Of a DNA stretch of 64,000 nt, positions 51,435 to 62,351 are shown piece after piece; position 1 is the first letter of the stretch; the number at the start of each line of letters is the position of its first letter. This stretch comes from a virus. The stretch lies in IMG/VR virus record IMGVR_UViG_3300023179_000011, positions 32,001 to 96,000 of that record; one strand, written 5' to 3'. The translations under genes were made by a program, and so were the position numbers. The notes below the pieces were generated by a model. That model was given only the letters and a program-made list of their open reading frames with translations. It had not been told where the DNA came from and ran no database searches.

Positions 51435-54400
51435 TTAGTTATTTATTGCGGCGCGGAGGGCGTTGCGTAAGCCGCTGTTAGTGTTGAGTTGATTAATGAA
51501 CTCGTTTAAAAACGCTGCCGTTTTCACAAGCTCTGCGGGGTTGATTACAATCGCGCCATTAATTTCTGTGTTTGTGGCTGTAATGGTGCCCGAGCCAAGC
51601 GTGTTTGGCGTAAATTGAATTATACCGCCGGCGGGTATAACTCCTGTCGCGCCGACAGGGCCTGCTGGCCCGGTTGCGCCGGTATTACCGCACGGACCTG
51701 TTGCGCCGCTGGGGCCCGTTGCGCCTGTAATACCCGTGGGTCCTGTTACGCCAGTTGCGCCTGTTATGCCTTGTAACCCAGTTGGACCACGCGGACCTGT
51801 TGGACCGGCTAAACCGCGTAAACCGCTAATACCAGTCGCGCCCTTCGCGCCGGTAGCGCCAGCGACGCCAGTCGGGCCCGTAACGCCAGTTTGCCCACGT
51901 GGTCCTGTTGCGCCGGCAACACCTGTTGCGCCGGTGGGTCCGCTGGGGCCGGTGATACCGGTTGGGCCGAGCGGGCCTGTTTGCCCGCGTACACCAGACG
52001 GCCCTGTCGGTCCTGCTTCGCCGCGAGGGCCCGTCGAACCGCGTTGACCAGCTACACCCGTAGCGCCCGGAAGACCTGTTACGCCGGTTTGACCGCGCGG
52101 ACCGGTAGCGCCTACTACACCAGTTGGACCGGTGGCGCCGGCCATGCCGGTTGGTCCCGACGCTCCAGTTGGACCTGTTTGACCTTTGACGCCTGTAGCG
52201 CCGGTCTGACCTGTTGGACCGGTCGGGCCCGTTTGCCCGCGAGCACCCGACGGGCCAGTTAAACCCGTAACGCCGGTTTGCCCGCGCGGGCCAGACATAC
52301 CCGTCGAACCCTTTTCGCCTGTGTCGCCTTTGTCTCCCTTCAGCCCGCGTTGGCCTGTTAAACCAATTGGACCCTGTGGACCTGTAACACCAATAGGTCC
52401 ACGCGCGCCGACAGGGCCAGTTACGCCGGTTACACCAGTGTCGCCTTTGTCGCCTTTATCGCCCGTGTTACCTTTCTCGCCACGGTCGCCTTGATCTCCT
52501 TTATCTCCTTTGCAACCTTGCGGCCCTGTTGCCCCTGTTTGGCCAATTACACCTTGCGGACCAATAATACTTACACCAGTAGCGCCCACCGGCCCGGCCA
52601 CGCCGGTCATGCCGGTTACACCCTTTTCGCCCCTTTCGCCGCGCTCTCCTTTTTCGCCGGGCACGCCATCGCCGCCGGCAGGACCCGCCGGGCCCATGAG
52701 GCCGGGCACTCCCGGGAAACCCTGCAGACCGCGCGGACCAGTAGCGCCCGGATCGCCCTTGTCGCCCTTATCGCCTTTAGGCCCCTGCGGACCGGGTACA
52801 CCGCCACCGCCGCCACCTGTCGGGCAGTCTGTAGCGTTTAGGTTTATTTCTCCGCTTATTTGGTTGCCTTGAATTTTGAGAAATCCATTCCCAACTGTCG
52901 TGCCGCCGGCTCGGACGGTTATGTCGCCTGCCGTTAACGCATTAACCTCCAAACTGCCATTAATAATGTAGTAACAAATACCAGACGCAGTATTCGATAT
53001 GACCTCGATTTTTGCGCTTTTAATTGGCGTATAACTGTCGCCGTACGACGCACCCCCGCCCGACACAGAAAAGGACCCACCCTGTATTACCGGACAATCC
53101 GTCAGCGCCCTGACAGAGACGTAAGACGCGATTGAATACGAGCACTCATCAAGCTGCGAAATAACAGTTTGAATTTTATTCGGTAGATTTGGTCCAGACG
53201 CAACCCCACCACCACTGCTCGAAATTCGCGTTACGCACGGTTTAGGAATTTGAAGATCGAGGAACAGTTCGATTGCGCACGAGTCGCCCGAACTGGATAC
53301 GCCGCCAGTGAATGAACCACTCGGGCTTGACGAGGCCGAGACTGTTTGCAAATTTAAAACGGCGCTAACAGTCGGGCACGGCGGTCGCGGAATTTTAACG
53401 TAAAGATCAAACGTGATATCAAAGTTACACTGCGGCGGAGAATTTGATCCGCTATTAATCTGATGGTTTGGTGTAACTTGAAATATGAGATTTGACTCAG
53501 GGCAGTCGTACCCGACGCAAATATTGCTGTTCGTTGTGATAATCGGACACGGCGGCCGCGGGTAGTCAATATCTACGTTGATATCAAAAATGTAAGTGCA
53601 TGACCCCGGATCATTGCATGACGGAGGACTTTCTATTTTGATAACTTGGAATGACGACGGACCGCGCGGGCTGGGTGCGTCTGAATAATGCCCCGAGGCT
53701 GTACCCAGAATGCTGATCTCGGGGCACTTCGGGCGCGGAATTGGAACGAGTATTTCCAGCTCGATTTCAAAATCGCATGTTTCTGGCTGATCGCAACCGC
53801 TGGCTGGCGTCGTAGTTTTTGTGATAGAAAATTTTGACGAGCCGGATACGCACGATGAACCCGCAAAACCTGTTTTTACGTTAAACGATTTAGACGTAAG
53901 AGAGATACACGGCGGCGCGGGAATTGGAACAACGATCTCTAACTCAACGTCAAAAGCACATTGCGTAGGGTTGTCGCAGTCGCCGGGCGTTATCGTCGGC
54001 GTAATCTCAAACCTATTTTCCTTACCAGCAACGCAATAAGAGTCTGAATATCCGCTGTTAACCTCAAACGTTTTGATGTTTATTTCGGGGCATGGTGGCT
54101 GCGGTATCGGTATGACCAGATTGAGATCAAAATCAAAATCACACGTGTCAGGCGTGTTGCAACTGCCGGGCGTTACAGTCGATGTAATTTTGAAAGTAGA
54201 TTCTTCAGACAACGAACACGTCTGATTTAATAACACTGTTTTTACAGACAGTGTTGGCGCGTTTAATGTCGGGCACGGAGTGCGCGGGATTGGTACGGCG
54301 ATCTCTAGATTGAAATCAAACTCACACTTGTCCGGTGTGTTGCAGTCGCCCGGGGTAATTTTTGTGGTGATTTCAAACAAATTCTCCCCAATACAATCAT

Positions 54401-56240
54401 CGCCGCCGTCACTAAAACCACTCGTGACTTTAAACGTCGGCGAGTTCAGTATTGGGCACGGCGGCTTAGGAATCGGAATCAGGATCTCTAGATTGAAATC
54501 AAACTCACACGTGTCTGGCGTGTTGCAATCACCCGGAGTGATTGTCGTAATGATTTCAAACTTATTTTCGCCCGTTAAACAGTTGTCTCCGTCATAGCCG
54601 CTGGTAACTTTAAACGTCGGCGAGTTCAGTATTGGGCACGGCGGCTTAGGAATCGGGATGAGGATTTCCAGATTGAAATCAAACTCACATTTATCCGGCG
54701 TGTTGCAATCACCCGGAGTGATTGTCGTAATGATTTCAAACTTATTCTCGCCCGTTAAACAGTTGTCTCCGTCATAGCCGCTGGTAACTTTAAACGTCGG
54801 TGAATTAAGTATTGGGCACGGCGGCTTAGGAATCGGAATCAGGATCTCTAGATTGAAATCGTATTCGCACGTATCTAATGTGTTGCAGTCGCCGGGCGTG
54901 ACTGTCGTAATGATTTCAAACTTATTCTCGCCCGTTAAACAGTTGTCGCCGTCGTAACCGCTGGTGACTTTAAATGTTGGCGGGTTTAACGTCGGGCATA
55001 CTGGCCGCGGGATTGGAATGAAAATTTCCAGATTGAAATCAAACTCACACGTGTCTGGCGTGTTGCAATCACCCGGCGTGATTGTGGTGATGATTTCAAA
55101 CTTGTTTTCGCCAGTAAGACACGCTTTGTTGTCATATGCGCCATCGTAGCCGCTGGTAACTTTAAACGTCGGCGAGTTCAGTATCGGGCACGGTGGTTTT
55201 GGAATTGGAATCAGGATCTCTAGATTGAAATCAAACTCACACGTGTCCGGCGTGTTGCAATCGCCCGGCGTGATTGTGGTAATGACTTCAAACTTGTTTT
55301 CGCCCGTAAGGCACCCATCACCGTCGTAACCGCTGGTGACTTTAAAGACAGGAATATTAATCAGCGGGCACTGCGGGCGCGGGATCGGCACCAGTATTTC
55401 AATTTCAACGTCAAAGGCGCACTGGTCTGGAGTGTTGCAGTCGCCCGGGATGTGAGACGTTGTGATACTGGCGTAATTACGCTTGTCTACGAGACAACCG
55501 TCGCCTTCATAGCCACTATCAACTGTGAACGTTTTAAGGTTGATGATAGGGCACGGCGGGCGCGGGATCGGAACCGAAATCTCAACGTCAAACTCAAAGC
55601 GGCACTGATCCGCGGTGTCGCAGTCGCCGGGTGTGATTACCGGGTCAATTACGAACTTGTTTTGTTTGTTTTGCATGCAGGTTGAGTCTGCATACCCGGA
55701 ATTCACCGAAAAAGTGCGCGTAACAATGTCTGGGCACGGAGTGCGCGGGATTGGAATTTTTACGTCGCAATCAATGATGAACTCGCACTGATCTTGCGTT
55801 TCGCAATCACCGGGCGTGATGTTCGGCGTTATACGAATAACGCTGTTTTGCGTTAAACAATCTTGATACCCAACTTCAACGCCAAACTCGCCCGCAGTGA
55901 TCGTAGTGCAGGGGGCTCGCGGAACCTGCACGTTCACGTCAAGTGCGACGTCGTACTTACACGGATCTACGTCGCGCCGATCGATCTTCAGTTCTATTTT
56001 TGACTCGTTGCAGCCGTTGTCTTGGCCCGACAACGAAACACCTAGCGTTGTATCTGTCAAAAAAACAGGACATTTGTTGCCGACTTCTGTTGGCGGCTCG
56101 CGCGCGATGACGGGCGCCGTGCAGCCGAAGATCGGCGGCGGCAGCGGCATAATCTCGCACACCGACGAAATAAAATCGAACTCGACTTTTGGTGTCGGTT
56201 CGATCGGGCACGACGAGTTTTCAAACAGATTCTTCGACAT
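51435..56240 (-). CDS. Giant fibre protein (~1600 aa): Cys-rich 60-aa repeats plus collagen domain
   Basis: At least 13 repeats of PIPxPxCP..F.V.SGY...C...N.F.I...TPGDC.TPD.C.FDF.LEI, about 380 aa of Gly-X-Y, and a C-terminal [11 protein letters not shown] helix. Confidence 0.85.
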   Translation of the reverse strand: MSKNLFENSSCPIEPTPKVEFDFISSVCEIMPLPPPIFGCTAPVIAREPPTEVGNKCPVFLTDTTLGVSLSGQDNGCNESKIELKIDRRDVDPCKYDVALDVNVQVPRAPCTTITAGEFGVEVGYQDCLTQNSVIRITPNITPGDCETQDQCEFIIDCDVKIPIPRTPCPDIVTRTFSVNSGYADSTCMQNKQNKFVIDPVITPGDCDTADQCRFEFDVEISVPIPRPPCPIINLKTFTVDSGYEGDGCLVDKRNYASITTSHIPGDCNTPDQCAFDVEIEILVPIPRPQCPLINIPVFKVTSGYDGDGCLTGENKFEVITTITPGDCNTPDTCEFDFNLEILIPIPKPPCPILNSPTFKVTSGYDGAYDNKACLTGENKFEIITTITPGDCNTPDTCEFDFNLEIFIPIPRPVCPTLNPPTFKVTSGYDGDNCLTGENKFEIITTVTPGDCNTLDTCEYDFNLEILIPIPKPPCPILNSPTFKVTSGYDGDNCLTGENKFEIITTITPGDCNTPDKCEFDFNLEILIPIPKPPCPILNSPTFKVTSGYDGDNCLTGENKFEIITTITPGDCNTPDTCEFDFNLEILIPIPKPPCPILNSPTFKVTSGFSDGGDDCIGENLFEITTKITPGDCNTPDKCEFDFNLEIAVPIPRTPCPTLNAPTLSVKTVLLNQTCSLSEESTFKITSTVTPGSCNTPDTCDFDFDLNLVIPIPQPPCPEINIKTFEVNSGYSDSYCVAGKENRFEITPTITPGDCDNPTQCAFDVELEIVVPIPAPPCISLTSKSFNVKTGFAGSSCVSGSSKFSITKTTTPASGCDQPETCDFEIELEILVPIPRPKCPEISILGTASGHYSDAPSPRGPSSFQVIKIESPPSCNDPGSCTYIFDINVDIDYPRPPCPIITTNSNICVGYDCPESNLIFQVTPNHQINSGSNSPPQCNFDITFDLYVKIPRPPCPTVSAVLNLQTVSASSSPSGSFTGGVSSSGDSCAIELFLDLQIPKPCVTRISSSGGGVASGPNLPNKIQTVISQLDECSYSIASYVSVRALTDCPVIQGGSFSVSGGGASYGDSYTPIKSAKIEVISNTASGICYYIINGSLEVNALTAGDITVRAGGTTVGNGFLKIQGNQISGEINLNATDCPTGGGGGGVPGPQGPKGDKGDKGDPGATGPRGLQGFPGVPGLMGPAGPAGGDGVPGEKGERGERGEKGVTGMTGVAGPVGATGVSIIGPQGVIGQTGATGPQGCKGDKGDQGDRGEKGNTGDKGDKGDTGVTGVTGPVGARGPIGVTGPQGPIGLTGQRGLKGDKGDTGEKGSTGMSGPRGQTGVTGLTGPSGARGQTGPTGPTGQTGATGVKGQTGPTGASGPTGMAGATGPTGVVGATGPRGQTGVTGLPGATGVAGQRGSTGPRGEAGPTGPSGVRGQTGPLGPTGITGPSGPTGATGVAGATGPRGQTGVTGPTGVAGATGAKGATGISGLRGLAGPTGPRGPTGLQGITGATGVTGPTGITGATGPSGATGPCGNTGATGPAGPVGATGVIPAGGIIQFTPNTLGSGTITATNTEINGAIVINPAELVKTAAFLNEFINQLNTNSGLRNALRAAINN
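53380..55925 (-). repeat. Tandem ~180-bp (60-codon) repeats inside the fibre gene; near-identical core at about 54270-55390
   Basis: Units 4-9 are nearly identical in protein ([59 protein letters not shown]) and diverge towards both ends; boundaries approximate. Confidence 0.9.
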
Positions 56241-56241
56241 G

Positions 56242-57255
56242 TTATGTGCAGGTGTTTTGTGCGTTTGGTTTTTTCTGCACGACGAGCGCGCCGTCATCGT
56301 TTATTAAAATGTTTACCCCCGGACCGCCGATGATGTTCACATTTGGCCCGCCCAAGCCGTTGATCGTTGAAATCAGTTGATTGCACGCAGGTCCGCCGCT
56401 GAAAAAACCTGTTACTTCATCAAACGGTTCATCTGGATATAGCGGTACTTCGCTTCCGTGTTGGCACAGTTCACTGGTGTTAGTGGCAACGCCTGCGCCA
56501 ACGGCGGCAGTAATTAAAAGTTCTTTGGACCTATCAGTTTGTGTAATTAGGCAGTTATAACCTTCCTTCAAACGAATGTCGCCCTTTAAACAGCGCGCGT
56601 TTAAAACAATCGGGCGGTCGTTGTTCGTCCCGGTGACGTCGCACGGGGGAACTTTTACGCGCTCATAGTTTCCGAGGCTTATGGACCGTAAATAACCTTT
56701 GTCTAGATTTTGAATCAATGCTGGTTCGATTTGATATGCGTTCTGGATAAATTGCGTGCTCGCAGCAGCCGGAAGGCTCGACAAATTACTTGTGGCTAAA
56801 AATCCCGACCATACGGGTTCAGTGGCGCACGGATTATCAGGTTCTGGCACGGACTCGGCGTAGTCGTTTACCCACTCGGCTGTGGCCGCGTCGCGAAAAA
56901 AAGAAAGTGTGATGGGGGTGGCGTTTGTTTTGAATACAAACTCAAACGTGGAACCCGTTTTATTGATTGCGGATAGCCAAATAGAATGCTGATTAGGATC
57001 AAAGCGCGCGTCGAGGCCCATAATGAAACCAGCGTCAACGATTACACTATTTTGAATAGTGGGCGTTGTGTTTGTTGTTTCAACGTATGTTTGCCCAGTC
57101 CAATAATATTTTTTATCTGTGTCGCGGGTTATGTACACAGCTTTTTTAAGGCCGACAACAGGTAACTCAGCGTACGCAGACACGATCACGGTGTCTTTGT
57201 GCACGAACGGATACGCGCGATACTCGTTGTCGTTATAAAAACCCGGACGCGGCAT
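56242..57255 (-). CDS. Putative virion protein, RxYP/TING paralog family
   Basis: N-terminal [11 protein letters not shown]-terminal ISTINGLG; structural-module context. Confidence 0.6.
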   Translation of the reverse strand: MPRPGFYNDNEYRAYPFVHKDTVIVSAYAELPVVGLKKAVYITRDTDKKYYWTGQTYVETTNTTPTIQNSVIVDAGFIMGLDARFDPNQHSIWLSAINKTGSTFEFVFKTNATPITLSFFRDAATAEWVNDYAESVPEPDNPCATEPVWSGFLATSNLSSLPAAASTQFIQNAYQIEPALIQNLDKGYLRSISLGNYERVKVPPCDVTGTNNDRPIVLNARCLKGDIRLKEGYNCLITQTDRSKELLITAAVGAGVATNTSELCQHGSEVPLYPDEPFDEVTGFFSGGPACNQLISTINGLGGPNVNIIGGPGVNILINDDGALVVQKKPNAQNTCT

Positions 57256-58055
57256 TACAAAATACTCCGACCAGCAGTATCGATCACGAGCGCGCCGTTG
57301 TCGACATATACACGTAACACAGCATCTGGCGCAAACCTGTTTGACGCTGTTATTGTGAAGTTTCCAAAATCATCTGCGGAACAACCATTGATTGTTGCGG
57401 AACAACCATTGATTGTTTTCAAAAAGCGCTTCGTCGGAAAGTCCTCGCTTTTTGGTTCACAGATTGCTCGTTTGAACAGCGGCACGCCAACGATGTCAAA
57501 TCGCACGATGTTTGTGCCGTCGAGTCTTACTACCACGCCTTGATCGCCAATTAACCAAACATCGCCGGTCATCAGTTGTTTTGTTTCTGGTTGTAAGGCT
57601 CTAACGCCCGGCTCGTTTGCGGGTATGCTTACGCTGGCGACAAACTCAGTCTGCGTGCGTGTAAACTCATACGTGCCAATTTCCCAAGAAGAAAAAAGTG
57701 CGAGAGCAGCGGGTGTAGATAGCAATACACCGCCCGGTCGACCGTAGACGTCGACAAAATTTAACACGCCGTCTTCTGGCGGTTGTAGCGGGTTGTACGT
57801 TGCCGACAACCGATTAGTTAAATCATCGTCGCCAATAATAATAGTGATTGTCTGCGTCGCGATGTCGATTGCTGATATAAACGTTCTTGCGCCGCCGCCG
57901 ATAGCAAAAAAACTAGCGTCCAAAAATGTGTCTGCCGCGATTTGAATTGTCGCGTTTGTGGTGTTTCGCAATGTTGCAGTGTCGGCAAACGGATAGCGTG
58001 ACGCGCGTTGCTCGTCGCGAAACTCGGGAAATAGAATGCGCGCGCTGCTCATCAC
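57255..58055 (-). CDS. Putative virion protein, RxYP/TING paralog family
   Basis: RASRYPF...LKTINGCSATINGCSADDFGNFTI. Confidence 0.6.
   Translation of the reverse strand: MMSSARILFPEFRDEQRASRYPFADTATLRNTTNATIQIAADTFLDASFFAIGGGARTFISAIDIATQTITIIIGDDDLTNRLSATYNPLQPPEDGVLNFVDVYGRPGGVLLSTPAALALFSSWEIGTYEFTRTQTEFVASVSIPANEPGVRALQPETKQLMTGDVWLIGDQGVVVRLDGTNIVRFDIVGVPLFKRAICEPKSEDFPTKRFLKTINGCSATINGCSADDFGNFTITASNRFAPDAVLRVYVDNGALVIDTAGRSIL
57376..57417. repeat. Exact 21-bp tandem duplication (GCGGAACAACCATTGATTGTT x2)
   Basis: Read directly; duplicates TINGCSA in frame. Confidence 0.95.
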
Positions 58056-59785
58056 TGCACCACAAACTTGTTGAAAAACGTTGACGACTGGTTTGCAAAC
58101 AAACCCGCAGCGCCGGTTACAGGGCCGGGATTAATGATATCTGTAAACCCGCTTATCGGTTGTGTGCCGTCTAATTGTGCGGCTGAAAAATGCACTGAGA
58201 GATTGCTGCCGTTTGTGTTTAAATTGGCGTACAGCCGATACCACTTGTTGACTTTAACGTTGTAGTTTACTTCAAACTCTGGAGTAAAAATACCGTCTGT
58301 ATAGCGCAGGATACGCGCTTTTGCTTTTGTAGCGTCGAGGACAATGGCGATAAACGTAGTAATAACGCGGCCGGTGTCTAGCGTTTCAAGATAATTCAAA
58401 ACAACGCCACCGTTTCTGGCTACGCCGTCAACGCCGATTTTGAATTCTGTCATAAGCGTTTTGCTTAGTGCCCAGTCTGTTGCGCAATTTTTTAGTAGCG
58501 CGATATTTCGGCCGCCGATACCAGCTGCAACGTATGTGTTGTGCTCTGTCAACTCTGCGCCCAAATTTGGTTCAAACTCGCTTATTGAGCAGTTACCGCA
58601 TACTGGCGGCGCTAACGTTTGTCTGGCGTTAAAGATGCCGACTTTTGTTACAAAATACTCGCTCGGCTGGCAGGAGTCGAAATCAAGACAAAGCGGCGCG
58701 TTCAGGCACGGATAATTTCTGGGGTCTAGCGTTTCGTTATCGATGATGTCGATTGCGGTGGTTGGATCTGGCCAGCAGTATGCGTCAACGACGATGTCTG
58801 TTTCTTCGTAATCTGCGCCGTTCCACCTGTATACTTTGTTTGAGTCAAACGCTAAATAAAGCTGGTCTAACTCCCCAACCGACGGGAAAGACGCGCGATC
58901 AGCAAACGTGAAGATATTTTTACCGTCAAACGAGCAGCATATGTCTTGGAACTCTTGCGGTTTTTTTGGTTTGTTCGCGGCGCACGTAGCGCTCAAACTG
59001 ATATCTGTCGTGACGTCGAGTCCGCCGCAGTTTTCAAACATCGCTGACGTAAATCCGTCAAACACAATGTCAATGTTTCCGTCGCAATCTGGTGCAACCC
59101 CGTTTATTGTTTCGATAGGCGGTTTTGGGCACGTACCGCTTTCCGGTCGTTGACCACACGAACCTAAGAATTTCTCTAACGCGTTATAGTTTGTCGTAGC
59201 TAAATTTTCGTCTAAACGAAACACGATGGCTGGATATTCTTGACTGTCGTACGTGATCGTTTTGTATTCAGCCTTTATGGGCGACGAGCCGACTACACTT
59301 ACGACATCTTGCAACGCCGTACCGACGTTTAATTTTCCTATAGTTGGAATTGGAAGCGGCTCGTACGGGCGCGCATTGCGCGGTTGAATGATTGTTTGCC
59401 GCGCCGCCGTATATCGGCCTGAAAAAGCGGTGTCTATTCCCGGGCCAAAAATAACCCAACCGGAAACACCAGCGATAAGCGGTGTCACGCGGTAGTGCAC
59501 GTACGCCGCGGCTGGTTGAATAACACTGACCGCGCAAACTGTGTTGCCGGCTACGTCATTAATGTCGTTTACAGCGCCAAACACTACCGTAACTATTCCG
59601 GGTGAAACAGTCAGGCCCTGTACGTATAAATACTTACCGGCAGTGTTTGGAAAACGGATGTGGCAATCAACGATAATGTCGTCGCGAATAAAGGCGCCGC
59701 TGTCGTCTAGTCCGGTAGACAGATCGTCTAGCGGATAACGACGTGTCGATTGCAGGTTGTACCAGTTTTGATTACGTATAGCCAT
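58052..59785 (-). CDS. Putative virion protein, RxYP/TING paralog family, with a C-terminal beta-rich domain
   Basis: QSTRRYPL...IETINGVAPDCDGNIDI; FPSVGELDQLYLAFDSNKVYRWNG module. Confidence 0.6.
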   Translation of the reverse strand: MAIRNQNWYNLQSTRRYPLDDLSTGLDDSGAFIRDDIIVDCHIRFPNTAGKYLYVQGLTVSPGIVTVVFGAVNDINDVAGNTVCAVSVIQPAAAYVHYRVTPLIAGVSGWVIFGPGIDTAFSGRYTAARQTIIQPRNARPYEPLPIPTIGKLNVGTALQDVVSVVGSSPIKAEYKTITYDSQEYPAIVFRLDENLATTNYNALEKFLGSCGQRPESGTCPKPPIETINGVAPDCDGNIDIVFDGFTSAMFENCGGLDVTTDISLSATCAANKPKKPQEFQDICCSFDGKNIFTFADRASFPSVGELDQLYLAFDSNKVYRWNGADYEETDIVVDAYCWPDPTTAIDIIDNETLDPRNYPCLNAPLCLDFDSCQPSEYFVTKVGIFNARQTLAPPVCGNCSISEFEPNLGAELTEHNTYVAAGIGGRNIALLKNCATDWALSKTLMTEFKIGVDGVARNGGVVLNYLETLDTGRVITTFIAIVLDATKAKARILRYTDGIFTPEFEVNYNVKVNKWYRLYANLNTNGSNLSVHFSAAQLDGTQPISGFTDIINPGPVTGAAGLFANQSSTFFNKFVVQ

Positions 59786-59788
59786 AAT

Positions 59789-61393
59789 TTAACACGGCGC
59801 TTCTGTTTTACCGTCTGAGTTGCAATACAACGTTTGTGTTGTTTCAGCGATTGCCGCCGGAGGTTCGGTTTGATCGTCGAGCGGATCTCCGCAATTAGTT
59901 AGCAGAGGAGAATTGTCGCTCAAATACACGCCGGTTAATACACCATTAATGACATACGGCCCGCGCGGTTTAACAACTGAATTTTCTGTGGCTGTTAAAT
60001 CTATTTGGTCAAACCGCAAGCGAAATTGCGCGTAGGCTGATTCTCCGGGTTTTACCGTCGGAAACGCCACCGAATACTGCAGGCCGTTCGGCGACACGGT
60101 TATTCCGACGCCGGCACCGCGCACGCCGGGGGCGCGCATAAACGTGTATCCGCACTCTAATGACGGCCGCACGGCAAGTGTTGCCGGGTCTTGACCGGGC
60201 GCCGGTACAAAATCACCGGATACGTCAACGGTAAGTGTTAACCGCGTGGGCGCAACACATATCTGACACGGATTGCAAAGCATCATAACAATGTCAACGT
60301 ACGCGCAGCGCTGCGGGACCATAAACAGGCGTAATGGACGTTGTACGCTGCAGGCGCGCTGATCCAGCCACCGCGCGATATTATTTTCGTGCTCTGTTCG
60401 CACTTTCTCTGCACGTTGTCCGATTAGCTTGTAACGGTAGCTGGTGTCGTTCATGTACTTTGCGGTGTCTGAGTAATCGGAACACGCGCAGCACGGGTCG
60501 CAGTTGGCGCCAATTTGTTGATGCGACGTCAACGACGGATTTGTACTGTGCGGCTCGTTTACACTTACTGTGACACCGCGGCGAATAAACAGGCAGTCTT
60601 TTGCCGACAAATTAAAATCACCGTTTGCGCCAGTTACGCCGTTTATTTTTGAAATCGGCACTGCCGGTGTTTCTGGGCAGTTGCCATAGCGCCCTAGTCC
60701 GGTGCCAGCAACGGCGCTGAATTTAATCTCCGTGTTTATCCGAAAGTTTTTTACTTCTGCTTTTTCCGCCGCTATTTCAGTGTTGTAGCCGTTTACAAAA
60801 TTAACCGCGTCAACGTATCGATTGCTTATTGTTTGCCCGTTTTGTACTCGCAGCGTAAGTAACCGTTTGGGCATTTTATAGACGGCGCGCGCATCTAGCT
60901 GCGCGTTTACTGGCGTTAAATACTTGTTGTAGTTTCGTGGAGCGTCGTCGTCTCCTTGATCGGCCATTGGCCATGTTTTGTGCGCAACAAGTCGACAGAC
61001 GCTGTTTGCTGTTTTCCACGTATAAATTTTGTAGTCTTGGCTCCAGTCAGCCTGATCAAATGTTGTCGGTTGCGTTGTGGTATCCAAAACAACGCGATTA
61101 AGTGCATCTACTAAAACAATATCTGCGTCGTGCGCCGGCGTAGGAAAATTTGCGGCTGGCATATTTTCAACGCAACCCACGCCGTACAGGTGGCGAATTG
61201 AGATCGGGTTTTTAACCGGTGCGACGCTATTGTTGTATTCGCCGATGTCGTCGTATTCGAAATGAAAATCGGCGATAAGATATTCGATATCGGCTGTTGG
61301 ATTAACAAGCGGGTAGTTCAATCCGCTTTGTGGTTGAACAACTCCCAGTCCTTGGCGTCCGGTAGTCGATAGTTGAAAATCGGGGCACGGCAT
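59789..61393 (-). CDS. Putative virion protein, RxYP/TING paralog family
   Basis: SGLNYPL...ISKINGVTGANGDFNL...CDPCCACSDY. Confidence 0.6.
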   Translation of the reverse strand: MPCPDFQLSTTGRQGLGVVQPQSGLNYPLVNPTADIEYLIADFHFEYDDIGEYNNSVAPVKNPISIRHLYGVGCVENMPAANFPTPAHDADIVLVDALNRVVLDTTTQPTTFDQADWSQDYKIYTWKTANSVCRLVAHKTWPMADQGDDDAPRNYNKYLTPVNAQLDARAVYKMPKRLLTLRVQNGQTISNRYVDAVNFVNGYNTEIAAEKAEVKNFRINTEIKFSAVAGTGLGRYGNCPETPAVPISKINGVTGANGDFNLSAKDCLFIRRGVTVSVNEPHSTNPSLTSHQQIGANCDPCCACSDYSDTAKYMNDTSYRYKLIGQRAEKVRTEHENNIARWLDQRACSVQRPLRLFMVPQRCAYVDIVMMLCNPCQICVAPTRLTLTVDVSGDFVPAPGQDPATLAVRPSLECGYTFMRAPGVRGAGVGITVSPNGLQYSVAFPTVKPGESAYAQFRLRFDQIDLTATENSVVKPRGPYVINGVLTGVYLSDNSPLLTNCGDPLDDQTEPPAAIAETTQTLYCNSDGKTEAPC

Positions 61394-61396
61394 AGC

Positions 61397-62338
61397 TCAC
61401 CCCGCATTACAGCCAGAGTCACCGAGCTGGCTGCCCAACACAACAAGGCTCATTTGCGTTACTTCAGAGCCAAGTCGGGTAACGAAGTTTTGTAGCGTCG
61501 TTACACCGTCTCCAAATCGATTGATTTGATCGATGATTGCGTCTAGTTCTGTGCACCCACAACATGGTTGCGCGCATGTATCGGCGAACTTCAAACCGTT
61601 GCTCATTGGCGTAATTTGAACACAGTCATCGGGCGCAATAATAAAATTTCCGTCGCTGCTACATACGCCATTGATACAACGAATGCAATCGCCAATATCA
61701 GGAACGGCGCAATAGCACTCTTCGTTTAGATTGGCGTTTGCGATAGCGTCAAACAAAATTTGCGTTTCATTGCCGACTGTTGCCGCTGTAATCCGCATAT
61801 TGGTGCCGGCAACAAGTGTGACGTCGCCGTAGATTGGCTCGCTCAGTTCGCCGTTATTGAGCACACGCAAACGAGTAACAGCCCGCAACATCGGCCGAAT
61901 TGCGTCTGTTTCAAGTTCGCCCCCGGCCTGATCAAACTCATATAGTCCGGGAGGCAACTTATCAATTTCGTCTAGTCGGCCAAGAACTATTTGGCCGACG
62001 CAATCGTCATATGCCCCGATACCGCCGAGCGCGTATGAACGATTTTCTTGATAGTTGCTGCGAACAATGTTAGCGGCGGCGACATCTACGGTCTGCCCGT
62101 CTGCGGCGTAGCCAACCGTAACATTAAAACCAGTCGGGGCGATCAGTACGCTTTTGATATGAAAATTGCTGGGCGCAAAATCAAGCCCCGAATGAATTGG
62201 TAGATACAGCGCGACAATAAAACTATCAGGTAATCTTATTGTGCCGTCTAACGATAATTTTGTGGCGCGTTCTGTGAGCGGGTACGACCGCTGTGAGTTG
62301 TGGTTGAGCCACTGTAGATTCCAATTTCCGATTGGCAT
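61397..62338 (-). CDS. Putative virion protein, RxYP/TING paralog family
   Basis: NSQRSYPL...IRCINGVCSSDGNFII...CAQPCCGCTEL. Confidence 0.6.
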   Translation of the reverse strand: MPIGNWNLQWLNHNSQRSYPLTERATKLSLDGTIRLPDSFIVALYLPIHSGLDFAPSNFHIKSVLIAPTGFNVTVGYAADGQTVDVAAANIVRSNYQENRSYALGGIGAYDDCVGQIVLGRLDEIDKLPPGLYEFDQAGGELETDAIRPMLRAVTRLRVLNNGELSEPIYGDVTLVAGTNMRITAATVGNETQILFDAIANANLNEECYCAVPDIGDCIRCINGVCSSDGNFIIAPDDCVQITPMSNGLKFADTCAQPCCGCTELDAIIDQINRFGDGVTTLQNFVTRLGSEVTQMSLVVLGSQLGDSGCNAG

Positions 62339-62351
62339 GGCCGCTCACCTA

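Noticed and set aside
50116-52872. Plus-strand Pro/Gly-rich ORFs (e.g. 50116..50787, 51736..52047, 52510..52872)
   Set aside because: Antisense shadows of Gly-X-Y codons in the collagen genes.
53380-55925. Diversity-generating retroelement template/variable repeat pair
   Set aside because: The repeats are in-frame tandem domain units with mostly synonymous differences rather than adenine-specific ones, and no reverse transcriptase is in the window.
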